Assembly: GCA_024704765.1 (NCBI GenBank)
Contig: JAKMXF010000295.1
Span: forward strand, 310,001-374,000
DNA length: 64,000 bases
Direction of reading: 5' to 3'
Source: Oopsacas minuta
Taxonomy: Eukaryota; Animalia; Porifera
Shown here: one piece after another, positions 63,000 to 64,000 of the stretch
Numbering within the stretch: the first letter of the stretch is position 1
How the letters are laid out: each line of letters opens with the position of its first letter
The notes under the pieces: generated by a model
What the model saw: only the letters and a program-made list of their open reading frames with translations
The model's database searches: none
What the model was told of the DNA's origin: nothing
Position numbers and translations under genes: made by a program

Positions 63000-63890
63000 T
63001 GTTTAAATCTGTATCCTCTGATCTAAAGATAAAATTTCGCATTCGCATCTGGGAGTTTACAAATTCCACATCAGAATCTACATTAATTGCAGTCAATTAT
63101 TGAGACTATATTCAGTGTTGTGACTAATCACTATAAAATGATAATCGATTGTGATCGATTACCAGTGTAGCTCACTATCTCTAGTTCACTTGATGCAACG
63201 AGTTGATGACGATATGCAAAATACTTCATATAAATTGGTATAATATAATCTGGTTTACAAAGACGCAACTCTGTGTATTTCCGCTTTCCAATCTCAAGTA
63301 TATCAATCAAGGCTTCTGCTTTGTTAAATTTAGAATACATTGAGATGGAGCCTAATTTGCAGTTGAAATTATATCTTACAAATGTCAGAAGTCTTCCTAT
63401 CATTATCCTTCTTAGCAATTTTTTGTAGATTCATCGATGCTATTTGCTTGGGATATACACCTCCCTACTAGCAATAAAACTAATATGCTCAGGGAGGGGA
63501 GCAAGTCGTTATGTCAAAGATTCCATATCTATGACAAGAATATGCTTCCTTGAAGGTAATTGACTGTTCAATGGATACGTTTCCATAGCTTTAGGGGTGG
63601 ATTAGCGGGAACTGAGAGACTCTATTATTCTATTCCAGTCATCAAAATGACTTTTCTTTCGAAAGGCTACACGTTGAGAGACCAATTCTTTTAATATTTA
63701 TCTAAAGTGAAAAACTCTAAATGAGGAATCTGAAATATTTCCAAATCCTTGTAGCATCATTTACGTTGTTATTGTCACCCTTTAGGAGGTTGTTAGCTTC
63801 CAGGTTATTCATCTTCAATAGTATTGTTTAGTAATATTCTGTGCATTTTCATAGTCGTCTGACTCCGAACATTTTTCGGTCATTAACTGG
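63000..63890 (-). pseudogene. 5' fragment of a second, divergent Transib/RAG1-like transposase
   Basis: RKHILVIDMESL..RLAPL and ALIDILEIGKRKYTELRLC..IIP.Y parallel the N-terminal half of the 46.9-kb transposase. It is truncated before the first catalytic Asp. Confidence 0.5.
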
Positions 63891-64000
63891 TACGGATATA
63901 TACTGTCATTATCCTAAATCACAATCTTGTAAATACACAAATGTAGTAAGTAATCAACATCCTATAAATAACCACAAATTTGTTTATAGTTTTTCTATTC

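Overview
AT-rich eukaryotic genomic DNA, probably from an invertebrate animal (inferred from short GT-AG introns and the transposon repertoire). The window is almost entirely nested cut-and-paste DNA transposons and MITEs, and most of their ORFs are broken. The boundaries I could resolve from TIRs and/or TSDs define four blocks. (1) 16.3-22.9 kb: a ZMYM1/DUF4371-type hAT that carries a Tc1 element and a 2037-bp BED-hAT. (2) 23.7-27.8 kb: a mariner, then a DD41D element with a DD37D (maT) element nested in it. (3) 30.5-38.9 kb: a NOF-FB/MULE-like transposase relic with an OTU domain. An intron-rich Ginger1 element (Gypsy-type DD35E integrase plus OTU protease, TGT..ACA TIRs, GAGC TSD) is inserted in its reading frame, and the Ginger itself carries a maT. 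(4) 42.0-52.9 kb: a RAG1-core-like Transib with CACAGTG termini, which holds a Merlin element and a long-TIR hAT. That hAT holds a second, near-identical copy of the 2037-bp BED-hAT. An internally deleted P/THAP element and a possible second Transib-like fragment follow. The only host-like coding sequences are an isolated first coding exon of ribosomal protein L7a (9185-9415, minus strand) and an intact 472-aa orphan ORF (58887-60305). I found no rRNA, tRNA, CRISPR array or recognisable reverse transcriptase. All family assignments come from motif recognition by eye, not from database searches.
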